From NCBI GenBank assembly GCA_963740155.1, contig CAVUDE010000004.1, positions 33,454 through 97,453 on the forward strand: 64,000 nt of DNA, written 5' to 3'. The DNA is from an uncultured Flavobacteriaceae bacterium (GTDB lineage Bacteria; Bacteroidota; Bacteroidia; Flavobacteriales; Flavobacteriaceae). Position 1 is the stretch's first letter. Every line of letters begins with the position of its first letter. A program made the position numbers and the translations under genes. Of this stretch, positions 19,101 to 30,844 are shown in pieces. The notes under the pieces were generated by a model. That model did no database searches. It saw only the letters and a program-made list of their open reading frames with translations, and had not been told where the DNA came from.

Positions 19101-22100
19101 ATCACCGGGACAACAACCGCTACTTTCCCAATTACTGCCATCACCACAATAACCTGGACCTATATCGATTCTGCCGGGAACTCAACTACTCAGGATCAGA
19201 ATATTGTCATCGGTGATACAACCGCGCCAATGGCGGATTCCGCAACGCTAGCTGATGTAAATGGACAGTGTGAGGTCACTTCGGTTGCACCGCCCACCGC
19301 TACTGACAATTGCGATGGGGCAATTACTGGAACAACAATCGCTACTTTCCCGATTACATCAAACGCAACCATCACCTGGACGTATACTGATTCCGCTGGG
19401 AATTCAACTACTCAGGATCAAAAAATTATTGTGGGAAATCCTCCTCGTATTGACCCAATAGCTGACGTGAACCAGTGCGCGCCATTTGACTTACCAGCTA
19501 TTACGGGTAGCGACCTAAGTGGCAACGAGTTATATTATGATCAACCCAATGGTTCAGCCAGTGGAGGTAATTCCTATATGGCAGGAATCTCATTTGCCTT
19601 CGCGGATTTTTCAAGCTACCCAGTTACGCTTTACGCATACGATGAGAGTGGATCATGTTCCTCAGAAGTCAGTTTTGAATTTACGCTGCAGGACTGTAAC
19701 CTTTCCGTTGCGGCGACTGCGAACCAGAACTCTATTTGTTCTGCAGACAACACGACCGTCACGCTTACCGCTACGCCAGATCCGGCAGCACCGGTCGGTA
19801 CCTACTCCTACTCGTGGAACGAGCTGGGGAACACAACCGTGCTGAGTACCAACCAGACGCTGGATGTTACGCCTACAACCACTAATGACTATGAAGTGAT
19901 GATAATCGACAGCGGACTGAGCGCGCCGAATAACATGGCAAGTTCTACAGTTACGATTACAGTGATCGCTTCGCCCATTGCTGATGTTCTAGCAAATGTT
20001 CAGGAATGTGACTCATTCACCCTACCGGCCCTGACGTCAGGATCTTATTTTGATGCACCGAACGGAGGTGGTACGATGCTCAATGCGGGTGATGCAATCT
20101 CCTCTACTCAAACTATCTATGTTTTTGCAGAGAGTGGAACAACGCCCAACTGTACGGATGAGAGTCAGTTTACGGTCACGATTATTGACTCGCCCACGGT
20201 TGATGATCCTGCAGATCTGGTGGCTTGTAATAGCTACACCTTGCCTGCCTTGACCAACGGTAATTATTTTACTGGTTCTGGTGGAACTGGAAGACCATAC
20301 GTGGGTGGCGAGGTACTCACAAATACGACTTCCATGTTTGTGTACGCAGAAACTGGAACGACTCCTAATTGTGCGGCAGAGAACAACTTCTTGATCTCCA
20401 TTATCCCAGGTTCACAAATAGATGCGATATCTGATGTGGATCAGTGCGCACCTTTTGCACTGCCTGCCATAACTGGAACTGATTTGAGTGGCAATCAAAC
20501 CTATTACGATCTGCCCAGTGGCCCAGCTGGCGGTGGAAATACCTATGCCGTGGGAACTTCGCTAACATTTGCTGACTTTGCCAATTATCCAGTCACGCTT
20601 TATGCCTATGATGAGGATGGATCATGTAGTTCGGAGATTCCTTTTGAACTCACACTACAGGATTGTAACTTGTCGGTAACGGCTATGGCAAGTCAGTCAG
20701 CGATCTGTTCTGCAGACAACACTACTGTGACACTGACAGCGACACCTGATCCGGCTGCTGCCATCGGCATCTATTCTTTCTCATGGAATGAATTGGGGAA
20801 TGCAACTGTGCTGGGAACGAATTCAACGCTGGATGTGACGCCATCTGTGACAACAGATTACGAAGTTACCATAGTTGATAGCGGCCTGAGCGCACCAAAT
20901 GATACGGCTAGCTCTACGATTGCGGTTACGATAATTGCATCGCCTGTTGCAGATGTTCTGGCTGATCTGACCCAATGTGATAGCTACATTTTGCCGGTAC
21001 TGACCTCTGGAAATTATTTTGATGCGCCCAATGGTGGTGGTACGATGCTCAATGCTGGCAATACGGTCAGCTCTTCCCAGACGATCTATGTTTTTGCCGA
21101 AAGTGGTTCCACGCCAAACTGTACGGATGAGAGTCAATTTACGGTCACGATTATTGACTCGCCCACGGCAGACGTCTTAGCAAATGTTGATGTATGTGAC
21201 AGTTTTACGCTTCCCGCGCTTTCTAACGGGCAATACTTTACCCAAAGCAACGGTGCCGGTACTCAGCTAAATGCTGGTGATGTGATTACTTCAGATCAAA
21301 CAGTTTACGTTTTCGCGCAAAGCGGAACAACACCAAATTGTACTGATGAGTCCAGCTTTACTATCTCAATTACTGACAGCCCACAAATGGACCCGATTGC
21401 TGATGTCACGGAGTGTGCACCTTATGTTTTGCCAGTCATTACAGGTAGTAACCTAAGCGGAAATGAGACTTATTATGATTTGCCAGGCGGATCATCAGGC
21501 GGCGGAACTGCCTTTCCTGCAGGAAGTTCCCTTGCATTTGCGGACTTTACCAGCTACCCTGTGACTCTGTATGCTTTTGACCAAAATGCCAGCTGTCCAG
21601 TTGAGGTGAGTTTTAATCTGACACTTCTAGATTGTACTTTATCAGTGACGGGTACGGCATCCATGGAAAATTTATGTGATAACGATCTGATGATGGTCAC
21701 ACTGACTGCCACGCCTGATCCGATGACCGCTGTAGGCAACTATTCGTACGTATGGGTGGAACAAGGAACAACAGCAGTGCTGGGAACAAACCCGAACCTG
21801 GATGTAGATCCAACAGTCACTTCCATCTATGAAGTAACGGTAACGGATAGTGGACTATCTGCCGGAAACAATAGTTCTACAACAACTGTAACGATAACTG
21901 TCAACGCTGCTCCCACGGCAGATGCCCCTGCAGATGTGACTGCTTGTGACAGTTACATACTGCCTGTACTGAATTCAGGTAACTACTTTACCAGCCCCGA
22001 CGGCGGCGGAACACCACTCACCGCAGGTGATGCAGTAAGCGTGTCACAAACCGTTTATGTTTTTGCAGAGAATATCACGACCCCTATTTGTACTGACGAA

Positions 22101-25100
22101 AGCAGTTTTACGGTCACCATCATTGACTCGCCCATGGCTGATGATCCTGCCGATGTGACGGCTTGTGATAACTATACCTTGCCAGTGCTGACCGTAGGAG
22201 AATATTTTACCCAAAGCAACGGCGCCGGTATACAGCTAAATGCTGGTGATGTAATTACGATGAGTCAAACGGTTTACGTTTTCGCGCAAAGCGGAACAAC
22301 ACCTAATTGTACTGATGAGAATGCTTTTGCGATAACAATTTCTGCCAGCCCGCAACTGGATCCTATTGCCGATTTGACGGTATGCAGTCCGTTTTTCCTA
22401 CCCGTAATTAATGGTATTGGACTTTCTGGTGGACAGCGTTATTATACGAATTCAGGTGGGTCAGGAACTTCATTTGCTGGTGGAGATCAAGTCCTAATCA
22501 GTGACTTTGCATCTTATCCAGTAACGCTCTACGCCTATGATGTGAATGGTATCTGCCCTGCCGAATCTAGTTTTGATTTGACCTTGCTGGATTGCAGCTT
22601 GAGCGTGGACGCGACTGCTAATTCAGATAGTTTGTGCGATAACGCCCTATCAACGGTCACGCTTACTGCAACACCTAATCCAGCAGCTGCGCAGGGTAGC
22701 TATAGCTATAGTTGGAACGAGTTGGGAAATACGGCCGTGCTGGGAACAAACCAAACTCTGGACGTGAATCCCAATGTAACGACCACTTATGAAGTAAGTA
22801 TAATCGATAGCGGGCTGCCATCCAGCAGCAATACTGCCAGCGATACGGTGACCGTGACGATAATCAATGCACCTGTGGCAGATGTGCTGGCTGATGTTGT
22901 AGAATGTGATTCTACCACTCTACCTGCGATAAGTTCAGGAAATTACTTTACGGCTAGCGGTGGAACGGGAACGGCACTAGCTGCCGGTGATGCAATAACC
23001 AGCAGTCAAGTGATTTTTATATACGCTGAGACTGGGACAACGCCCAACTGTAGTGATGAATCCAGCTTTAACATTCTGATCGATACAACTCCTGTGGCAG
23101 ATGCGCCCGCTGATGTCACCTCGTGCGATAATTATACCCTACCAGCTCTCACAACGGGTGATTACTTCACGCAATCTGGCGGTAGCGGAACCCAGCTCAA
23201 TGCTGGAGATGTGATCAACATCTCACAGACCTTGTTTGTCTATGCCGTCAATGCTGGCAATAATTCTTGTAGCAGTGAGAACAGCTTCAGTATTACAATC
23301 ACGTCCTCGCCACAAGTTGATGTTTTGGCAGATATGGCTGATTGTGACATGTTTGTCCTACCTAACTTGATGGTGGGTGATTATTTTACGCAAACCGGTG
23401 GAACGGGAACGCCACTTACAGCCGGTGATGTGATCACGGTAACCCAAACCATATTTATTTACGCCAGCAACGGTGGCGGTATCGTGAGCTGCGAGGACGA
23501 AAGCAGTTTTACCGTGACCATTTTTAATACGCCACAACTTGACACCCCGGCAGATGTAGATGCATGTGATAGTTTTGTACTGCCTGCCATTACCGGTTCA
23601 AACCTTTCCGGAAACGAGGCATATTTCACGCAGCCCAATGGGACAGGAAGTGCTTACAACGCAGGTGACGCCATCAACTTTGCAGACTTTGCCAGCTATC
23701 CAGTTACGCTATTTGTTTACGATGAGACGGCTACAACACCCAACTGTTCCGATGAATCCAGCTTTGCATTTACGATTACACAATCTCCAGATATTGATCC
23801 GCAGGCTGATCTGGGAGGTTGTGACACGGTGACGTTGCCAGTCATCACGGGAATTAATCTAACGGGCGGGCAGATGTATTATACGGCGCCTGGTGGTGGT
23901 GGTGTCGCTTTCGCGGAAGCGGACACAATACAATTTACAGATTTCACTACCTACCCCGTGACCTTTTATATCTATGATTCCAGTAGCACCACAACTGTAT
24001 GTGAAGATGAAGTCAGTTTCCAACTCACGATCGAGCCGACGCCAGTGCTGGATGCCGTGGCGGACGTGGAGGAATGTGAGTTTTTTATTCTGCCAGCCAT
24101 TTCGGGAAATAATCTCACCGGGAACCAAGCCTACTTTAGGGGCACAGGTGGAAATGGACGCCAATTTAATCCGGGAGATACCGTTACGGTGAGCGACTTT
24201 GCAACTTATCCAGTCACGCTATATGCTTTTGATAGTACGGGTAATCCTTTCAATTGTGCCGATGAGGTAAGTTTTGAATTGATCCTAAACCCAAATCCAG
24301 CTGCCATCGATATAGGCCTGCAGGAATACTGCGATGATGATGAAGATGGTCGTGAGCTTATCGATTTGAGTTTGCTGGACGGCATGATCGCTGATTTTGC
24401 TCCAGATGTCGTGGTAACCTATTACGATTTACTGACCGATGCAGAGAACAGCATCAATCCACTGAGTAGCGAAATCAATGTTCCATTAGGGAACAGAGAT
24501 CTAGTGGCGAGGGTCGATGACATAAATACGGGTTGTTTCTCAATCGTGGATCTTGCCTTGCGTGTCAATGAGATTCCCGTGGCGATGCTGGAAGAAATGT
24601 ACTTGCTTTGCCAGGATCAGGAGGGTAATATCACCGGTGCGCCTATTCTAGATACCGGACTTACGAGCCCAGATTTCGTATTTGAATGGTTTCTGGATCA
24701 GGGCAATGGTGACGTACTGCTTGCCAGTGAAACTGGTGGTAGCCTTGAGGCAATGCAGGCAGGTGTTTACACAGTAGTTGTTACCGATCCAATAACCGAG
24801 TGCTCCAATGTTTTGGTCAGCACCGTAGAGGCGAGGATTGATCCATTTGCATTTGGTGCCGAGAATTCTGGCAACAACATGCTCAACCAGCACGAAATCA
24901 GTGTCTTTGTAGCCAGCAATAACACCAGTACGAGATACGAGGTGAGGCTGGATGATGGGTTCTGGATAGAGCTGATCAACTCAAACCGCCGCTATAATTT
25001 TACTTTCAAGAATGTTCTAACAGGGAACGGTATCCATACCGTTCAATTCAGAAGTACTGACGGATGCTGGGAAGCAGAGAAAAAAGTAAGAACCGTGGGC

Positions 25101-25382
25101 GTACCGCTCTACTTCACCCCTAACGGCGATGGGTTCAACGATCGCTGGAATGTAGAGGGAATCCTTGAGATAGACCCCAATGCCAAGGTAGAAATCTACG
25201 ATAGGTATGGTAAATTGATAGGTCAGATTTCTGTTTCTGGTGCTGGATGGGATGGAATGATACGCGGCAACTTTATCAATGAAACCGATTACTGGTACCG
25301 CATGATCTATATGGACAAGGATGAGAATGGAAATCTGCTGGGTGAGCAAGAGTTAAAAGGACACTTTGCTTTGAAGAGGTAG
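13107..25382 (+). CDS. Giant (~4,090 aa) T9SS type-B-CTD surface adhesin: signal peptide, C-type lectin, HYR, lamin-tail domain, 22 HYR-like repeats, Ig-like modules and a gliding-motility-type CTD. Four single-base frameshifts in this sequence.
   Basis: ATG 13107 gives …LIFYFLSWQMQAQ. Frame breaks at ~13235, ~14570, ~14943 and ~16347. The C-terminus PLYFTPNGDGFNDRW…IYDRYGKLI…GWDG…DYWY…KGHFALKR is the type B CTD. Confidence 0.88.
14551..19436 (+). repeat. 22 tandem 222-bp (74-aa) intragenic repeats
   Basis: The DTTAP…QCEVTSxAPPTATDNCDG…TITWTYxDSAGNSTTQDQN unit starts at 14551, 14775, 14996, then every 222 bp to 16328, then 16551 and every 222 bp to 19215. Confidence 0.95.
19437..24287 (+). 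repeat. Higher-order Ig-like module array, XYZZ-XYZZ-XYZZ-XYZZZ-XXX
   Basis: X = ...C.PF.LPAITG.DLSGN..YY…YPVTLYAYD. Y = DC.LSV.ATA…VTLTATPDP…YSYSW. Z = P.ADV.A.V..CDS.TLP.L..G.YF…QT.YVFA. Confidence 0.8.
23906..23921. repeat. Iterated palindrome, one-mismatch copy in the adhesin (AFAEA)
   Basis: CGCTTTCGCGGAAGCG. Confidence 0.6.
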
Positions 25383-25387
25383 GTTCC

Positions 25388-25553
25388 GATCCCCAGCCCA
25401 TACCTTCCTCTCACTCATACTTCGCTCGTCGGAGGTAAGCAGGGAAGGGAATTTACTAGCTCGTGCAAAATTCCTTGTTCATATAGATGACTTCTGTCGT
25501 ATTTATCTACCATTGTTAAAAGTCCTTCCCTTAGGGAAGGATTTAAGATGGGA
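25388..25553. repeat. REP-like CCCAGCCC…GGGAAGGGA elements
   Basis: CCGATCCCCAGCCC…AGGGAAGGGAA (25388-25450) and CCTTCCCTTAGGGAAGG (25525-25541). A related copy CCCATCCCCAGCCCTTCACTAGGGGAAGGGAG lies at ~44664-44696. Confidence 0.5.
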
Positions 25554-25664
25554 ATTTAAAAAAACCCGCCTCTCTCATTTTAGAAAAAGATGCAATCCCA
25601 AAATACGCGATCATCATCAAAAACCTTATCAATTCAGCAGGGAATTGAACCTACTTTATAAGAC

Positions 25665-25672
25665 TACCTTTG
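25665..25672 (+). promoter_or_regulatory. -7 promoter element for the DEAD-box helicase
   Basis: TACCTTTG, 16 bp upstream of the ATG. Confidence 0.6.
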
Positions 25673-25688
25673 CAGCTTATAATTTTAC

Positions 25689-26948
25689 ATGACATTTAAA
25701 GAACTAGGGCTCGTAGATCCCATACTTAAAGCCTTGATGGATCAGGGTTATGAAAAACCTACACCCATACAGGCGCAGTCCATTCCGGTTTTGTTGAAAG
25801 GCAAGGATTTACTGGGCGTTGCGCAAACTGGAACTGGTAAAACCGCTGCGTTTTCCATTCCCATTATTCAGGATTTACTTCAACAAGAATCAACTGGCGG
25901 TAAACGCAAGATAAAAACACTTGTAGTCACCCCCACCCGTGAACTTGCCATCCAGATAGGCGAAAATTTTACAAATTATACGAAGTACACAAAACTCAAA
26001 AACACTGTCATTTTTGGTGGTGTTAAGCAAAACGCGCAGGTGTATGCGTTGCACGGTGGCATAGACGTACTCGTGGCTACACCCGGTAGATTGCTGGATC
26101 TAATCGGTCAGGGATATATTTCTCTAAAGGATCTCAGCCACTTTGTACTGGATGAGGCAGATCAGATGCTGGACATGGGCTTTATCCATGATATCAAAAA
26201 ATTATTGAAGCTCTTGCCTAAGGAGCGACAGTCGTTATTTTTTAGTGCCACGATGCCGTCTGCTATAGTAAAGCTTTCCAGGGAAATCCTGGGGGATTTT
26301 GAACGTGTAACCATTGAACCTGAAAAAACAACAGCTGAAAAGGTTGAGCAACGTATCTATCACGTTAACAAAAAGTACAAGACCAAACTGCTGATCGACC
26401 TGCTGGAAACGCAGTTGAAATCACCTGTTTTGGTTTTTTCTCGTACAAAGCACGGTGCCAACAAAATCGTGAAAGACCTGGAGAAAGCCGGAATAAAATC
26501 TGCAGCGATCCATGGTAACAAAAGCCAAGGGGCGAGAGTACGCGCGCTGGAATCGTTTAAGGATGGTGAACTCAAGGCACTGATTGCTACAGATATTGCA
26601 GCACGTGGGATCGATATTGATGAATTGCAATACGTCGTGAATTACGATCTGCCCAATGTTCCTGAAAGCTACGTACACCGCATAGGTCGTACCGGGCGCG
26701 CTGGCGCGAGTGGTCTGGCCATTAGTTTTTGTATGCTGGAAGAACGCCCATTTTTGAAAGACATCGAGAAATTGATCCGCACAAGTATTCCAGTCGTTGG
26801 AGATCACGCCTTTCCATTCAGTATGGACGATGCGGCAGAGCCCAGCTTGAAAAAGCAGGGTCAGCGCGGCCGTTCCAATCATAGGTCAGGTGGTAGGAAC
26901 AGTAATTCTGGCAACAACTCACGCAGCGGTCGCGGCAATAGACACTAG
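25689..26948 (+). CDS. DEAD-box RNA helicase (RhlE-like)
   Basis: Q motif, AQTGTGKT, PTRELA, DEAD, SAT, ARGID, YVHRIGRTGRAG, and an RG-rich tail. Confidence 0.95.
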   Translation: MTFKELGLVDPILKALMDQGYEKPTPIQAQSIPVLLKGKDLLGVAQTGTGKTAAFSIPIIQDLLQQESTGGKRKIKTLVVTPTRELAIQIGENFTNYTKYTKLKNTVIFGGVKQNAQVYALHGGIDVLVATPGRLLDLIGQGYISLKDLSHFVLDEADQMLDMGFIHDIKKLLKLLPKERQSLFFSATMPSAIVKLSREILGDFERVTIEPEKTTAEKVEQRIYHVNKKYKTKLLIDLLETQLKSPVLVFSRTKHGANKIVKDLEKAGIKSAAIHGNKSQGARVRALESFKDGELKALIATDIAARGIDIDELQYVVNYDLPNVPESYVHRIGRTGRAGASGLAISFCMLEERPFLKDIEKLIRTSIPVVGDHAFPFSMDDAAEPSLKKQGQRGRSNHRSGGRNSNSGNNSRSGRGNRH

Positions 26949-27143
26949 ACAGTTGTGGTTGTAATGTTTTTTGGAAATTCCGCTTTTGCGAAACCTGCCT
27001 GTCGTTTCCTTGGCAGGCAGGGCGGGATAATCCACCATTCATTTTATACAAGGAGAAAACGAAACTGTAAATTGGGATCTGGTTTTGTGACCAAATAATT
27101 CTTTGATACATTCGTTTTCTTTACGATAATCAACTTATTTTAC

Positions 27144-27662
27144 ATGGAAATTTCACCACTCTATCTTTTTGTCACATTTTTTCCCGCACTATTGGTGGGT
27201 CTTATTTCCTGGTATTTTTTCTCCTCTTTTATGAAAAATGAGGAGAAGAGACGGCGATTTATCACCGTACGGGAATCACAGGGTAAAACGCTACCCACCC
27301 GTATGCAAGCCTACGAGCGCATGACTCTATTTCTTGAGCGTATCAAGCCTGCAAATCTCGTGGTGCGTACCAAGCCTGGCGATATGTCCAAGGCAGATTA
27401 CGAGCAGACGCTGGTCAACGCCATTGAGGTGGAATTTGAACATAATATCGCCCAGCAGATCTATATAAGTGAGGAAGCCTGGAATGTAATACGAGGTGCA
27501 AAAAACACAACCATTCAGAAAATCAGGCATGTATCACTTACTGATAAAATATCAACGGCAGACGGCCTGCGCCACGGCATTCTAAACGAGTTGATGGACA
27601 CGCAATCGCCCAGCTCAACCGCTTTGAGCTATTTGAGAAGAGAGGTCTCCGACCTATTTTAA
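27144..27662 (+). CDS. Conserved Bacteroidota membrane-anchored hypothetical protein
   Basis: N-terminal TM helix, then MQAYERMTLFLERI…EFEHNIAQQIY…AWNVI. Confidence 0.75.
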   Translation: MEISPLYLFVTFFPALLVGLISWYFFSSFMKNEEKRRRFITVRESQGKTLPTRMQAYERMTLFLERIKPANLVVRTKPGDMSKADYEQTLVNAIEVEFEHNIAQQIYISEEAWNVIRGAKNTTIQKIRHVSLTDKISTADGLRHGILNELMDTQSPSSTALSYLRREVSDLF

Positions 27663-27809
27663 CGTGAGTTGAACCTAAGAATTCAAATAGGATGTTGACT
27701 TTCAAAACTTATCAACCTTTCTAGTCAAATTCAGTCAAGACAGGTAACAAATTCTTGATCTTAAATCGTTCTCGACTATCACTGGAACTGGCATTTGAAT
27801 TATCTTTTC

Positions 27810-27920
27810 CCTTATACTATTTATCGACCAATATTTCGTATAAATCACGCTTTTTTAGCTCTCACGTTATGCGATCCTCTCGCTGAGCTCGTAGGTCGCA
27901 AGTAAAAAATTATTCCGTAG
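27810..27920. repeat. ~105-bp dispersed repeat, copy 1 (MITE-like)
   Basis: CCTTATACTA…AATATTTCG…TAAATCACGCTTTTTTAG…CTCTCGCTG.GCTCGT…TCGCA…CCGTAG, shared with 31688-31794. Confidence 0.7.
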
Positions 27921-28125
27921 CTCTTGCAGCCTACGTACCGCAATAGCGATAAGAGGACTGCATATGAAATTACCACCGCACCCACTCGCCCGCTGCTATC
28001 GCAGCGTCGTGCCTCGATTGAGAACTCAAAAAACAAAATTTATACACGAAATGTCAGTCAACAAATAGTATTATTCTTTGAATATCAGTGTAAAACTTTT
28101 TTTATTAGATCGAACTCACGTTATT

Positions 28126-30211
28126 TTAATTTTCTTTTTCTAAAATTCCCTGAAGTTTGGTTTTCTCTGATTCTGGAAAGGTATCTAGGAGAGTCGTGAT
28201 CTGATCACGGTATTGCTGATCCTTATAAAGGGCTTTAAGTGTATCCCGTGCGGTGCTATAAAATCTCCGCACATGATGGACACTCGCTTGCATAAGGTGC
28301 TGTAGGTTATGTGCGTCCATCGCGCGCAGGTTGAACAAATAATCAAATGCCGCGGTACGAGTGCGTGTATCGTATGATGGGTTTGTGTATCTGCGCAAAC
28401 GCTTGAGAAAAACCCGCTGATCGTCCCCTTTATAATCGGGAGAGTTGAGCGCCATCGTGTTCCACGCCATATCCAGACTGGGATCTATCTCATCCCACAG
28501 TTGTCGCGCATCCTGTAGAACCTGCTTTTTATCGATCGCTGAATCCCATAATGCATATAAAGCGCTCTCACGAGTTAGATATGATTTTTCGCTTAGCAAT
28601 TCTCGTAACAGGTCACGATTCATCTCGTTTACCTGGGTGGTCGTGAGAGCGATAAGCTGGTTGATTTGTGGATTCTCCAGTTGAAGCAGCATCTTTCAGT
28701 AAATCATATTTTCTGGGATCCTCGCGTGATTGCAGCTGGGAAATCATTTCCTTGACTAGCTCTACCTCTACTGGTTCTTCAAGCATGCTTTTATAATCAG
28801 GCAGAGCCATCTCAAAATTCTGCTCTCTCAAAGATATAAGATTGAAATAGGCTCGCATAAATCCATTCTTACGTAGGATGGCGATCGCATCCATGGTTGG
28901 GAATTCGGTTTTTGATAGCCAGTTATTTTTAAAGGTTTCAAGATTCTTGCCGCTTACTTTTTCAACAATAGCAAGAAACTCATCTGTTGTTGCGGTGACG
29001 TACTTGTACTGTTGTAGGTAGGTTTTTACGCTTTCGCGAAAGCGTGATTCCCCAACAAAATCTTTCAACGCATGCAACGCCCACGCGCCGTGCTGATAAA
29101 AAGTCAGTGAGCTGGCTGTTGGGTCAAGCAAGGACTTAGCGTCACCATTCAGGTTCTGGCGGTTCAGTGATTCTGCATGCTCGTACAGTTTTACCTGGAA
29201 ATAGGCATCGCCGTGTAAATCACGTTCTGCCAGCAATGCATAATAGGTAGCAAATCCCTCCTGCAGCCAGTGGTGTTTACCAGACTGGGCAGTGACCAGA
29301 TCGCCAAACCACTGGTGTGCCATCTCATGCGCGTTTACAGTCACGTAGTTGCGATCGTTTACAGCAAGACTGTCCACCATAAATTGATCATTAAAAATCG
29401 TGGCGGTCGTATTCTCCATCCCCGAATACAAAAAATCCTTGACCGGAATCTGCTTGTACTTGATCCATGGATATTCCACGCCTATCTCCTTTTCCAAAAA
29501 ATCAAAAATCTGCTGGGTATGTTTATAGGTGGTGGCAATCTTATCAGCATCTTCTGGATAATAAAAATGAGTAATTTCCTTATCAGAATCTGACTGCATC
29601 GTCACTGATTTATAGTCACCTGCTACAATAGCTACCAGATAGCTGGACATGGGATTTTGCATGGTGTAAGAATAGATATTGTCATTTTTACTCACCAGTT
29701 TTCCATTTGCAATCCCTGTCATTCCCACTGGAGCCTCTACGGTAATATTCCAAATGATCTTATCATTTACATCGTCCAGACTGGGCAGCCAGTTGCTGGT
29801 GTATTTACCCTGTCCCTGCGTCCAGGCTTGTTCCCATTTGCCATCTGAGTCTGCATCGATGAAGTAAAAAGCTTTGGTAGGTCTGGAAATAAACTGAATG
29901 GTCGTTTTATGAGTTGTACCCGCTTTGAGTGGTTTACGTAAAGTTATGTGCTTGCCGTTGTAGGGATCTGTCATCGCCTGCCCATCCAGCAGTATTTTGT
30001 AATTGACAAGGTTTTTTGCATTCAAGAGGACTGAATCCACGTCCCGAATCACGTCAAATCTATAAGTCACGGTGCCCGTAACTTCCATGATTTGATCAGA
30101 CAAAGTAATCTGAACCTCAGCCGATTTGAAATTAACGAGATCGATCTGATCGACAGGATTCTGAGCGTGAACAGTAGAATAAAAAAATACAAAACAGAAA
30201 AAATACTTCAT
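28126..30211 (-). CDS. M1-family aminopeptidase, frameshifted at ~28690
   Basis: YSGMEN exopeptidase motif, HEMAH…WLQEGFATY zinc motif, FYQHGAWALH. The C-terminal helical domain continues in ORF 28126-28692. Confidence 0.88.
29028..29045. repeat. Iterated palindrome, exact copy in the aminopeptidase (RFRES frame)
   Basis: ACGCTTTCGCGAAAGCGT. Confidence 0.95.
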
Positions 30212-30308
30212 GGGTGGGAAAATACAATTTACGTGCCTAGCGATGGGTCAAACGGCCATTGGTATCCAATTTTTGTAATACGTAATTTAGCCCTCTAAAT
30301 AAATCGGA

Positions 30309-30842
30309 TTGTACGAGAGGACCTATCCTGACAAACGCTTCAAAATAACGATGGACTTTGTAAAAAAGTACATCGATAAAAAAGATCGTATCCTAGATCT
30401 GGGCGTTGAGAATCCGCTGGGGAAATTGATGAAAGATCAAGGTTTTGAAGTAGTTAATACCACTGGTGAGGATCTGGATGATGATTTAACTTTTGTGGAA
30501 AATTTTGATGGTGAGGTAGTGACTGCCTTTGAGATTATGGAGCACATGGTAGCGCCTTACAATGTTTTAAAAGTGATTCCCTCTAATAAGCTTTTTGTGA
30601 GCGTGCCGTTGAAGCTTTGGTTTGCTGGTGCATATCGAAATCATGATGATAAACGCGATCAGCATTACCACGAGTTTGAATCCTGGCAGCTGGATTACGT
30701 TCTTGAAAAGGCTGGTTGGAAAATCATAGACAGTAAAAAGTTCACGCATCCTGCAAAAAAATTAGGCATCAGGCCGTTATTGCGATTGATCACACCGCGG
30801 TATTACCTAGTTTATTGTGAAAGACCGAATTCCAATTCTTAA
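30309..30842 (+). CDS. Class I SAM-dependent methyltransferase-like protein
   Basis: TTG start, ILDLGV motif I, VTAFEIMEHM. Confidence 0.75.
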   Translation: MYERTYPDKRFKITMDFVKKYIDKKDRILDLGVENPLGKLMKDQGFEVVNTTGEDLDDDLTFVENFDGEVVTAFEIMEHMVAPYNVLKVIPSNKLFVSVPLKLWFAGAYRNHDDKRDQHYHEFESWQLDYVLEKAGWKIIDSKKFTHPAKKLGIRPLLRLITPRYYLVYCERPNSNS

Positions 30843-30844
30843 GC

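Noticed and set aside
14522-19147. Many minus-strand ORFs (MVLAVIGKVAVVVPV…) and short alternative plus-strand ORFs
   Set aside because: Antisense or shifted-frame shadows of the Thr-rich repeats.
14551-19436. Regular array as a possible CRISPR or DGR-type system
   Set aside because: The units are 222 bp, fully coding and in frame, with no short repeat-unique spacer pattern. There are no cas or reverse transcriptase genes and no adenine-specific variation.
21307-22285. ACGTTTTCGCGCAAAGCGG at 21307 and ~22266 as palindrome copies
   Set aside because: Several differences including an insertion; both encode VFAQSG in duplicated Z modules, so they were not counted.
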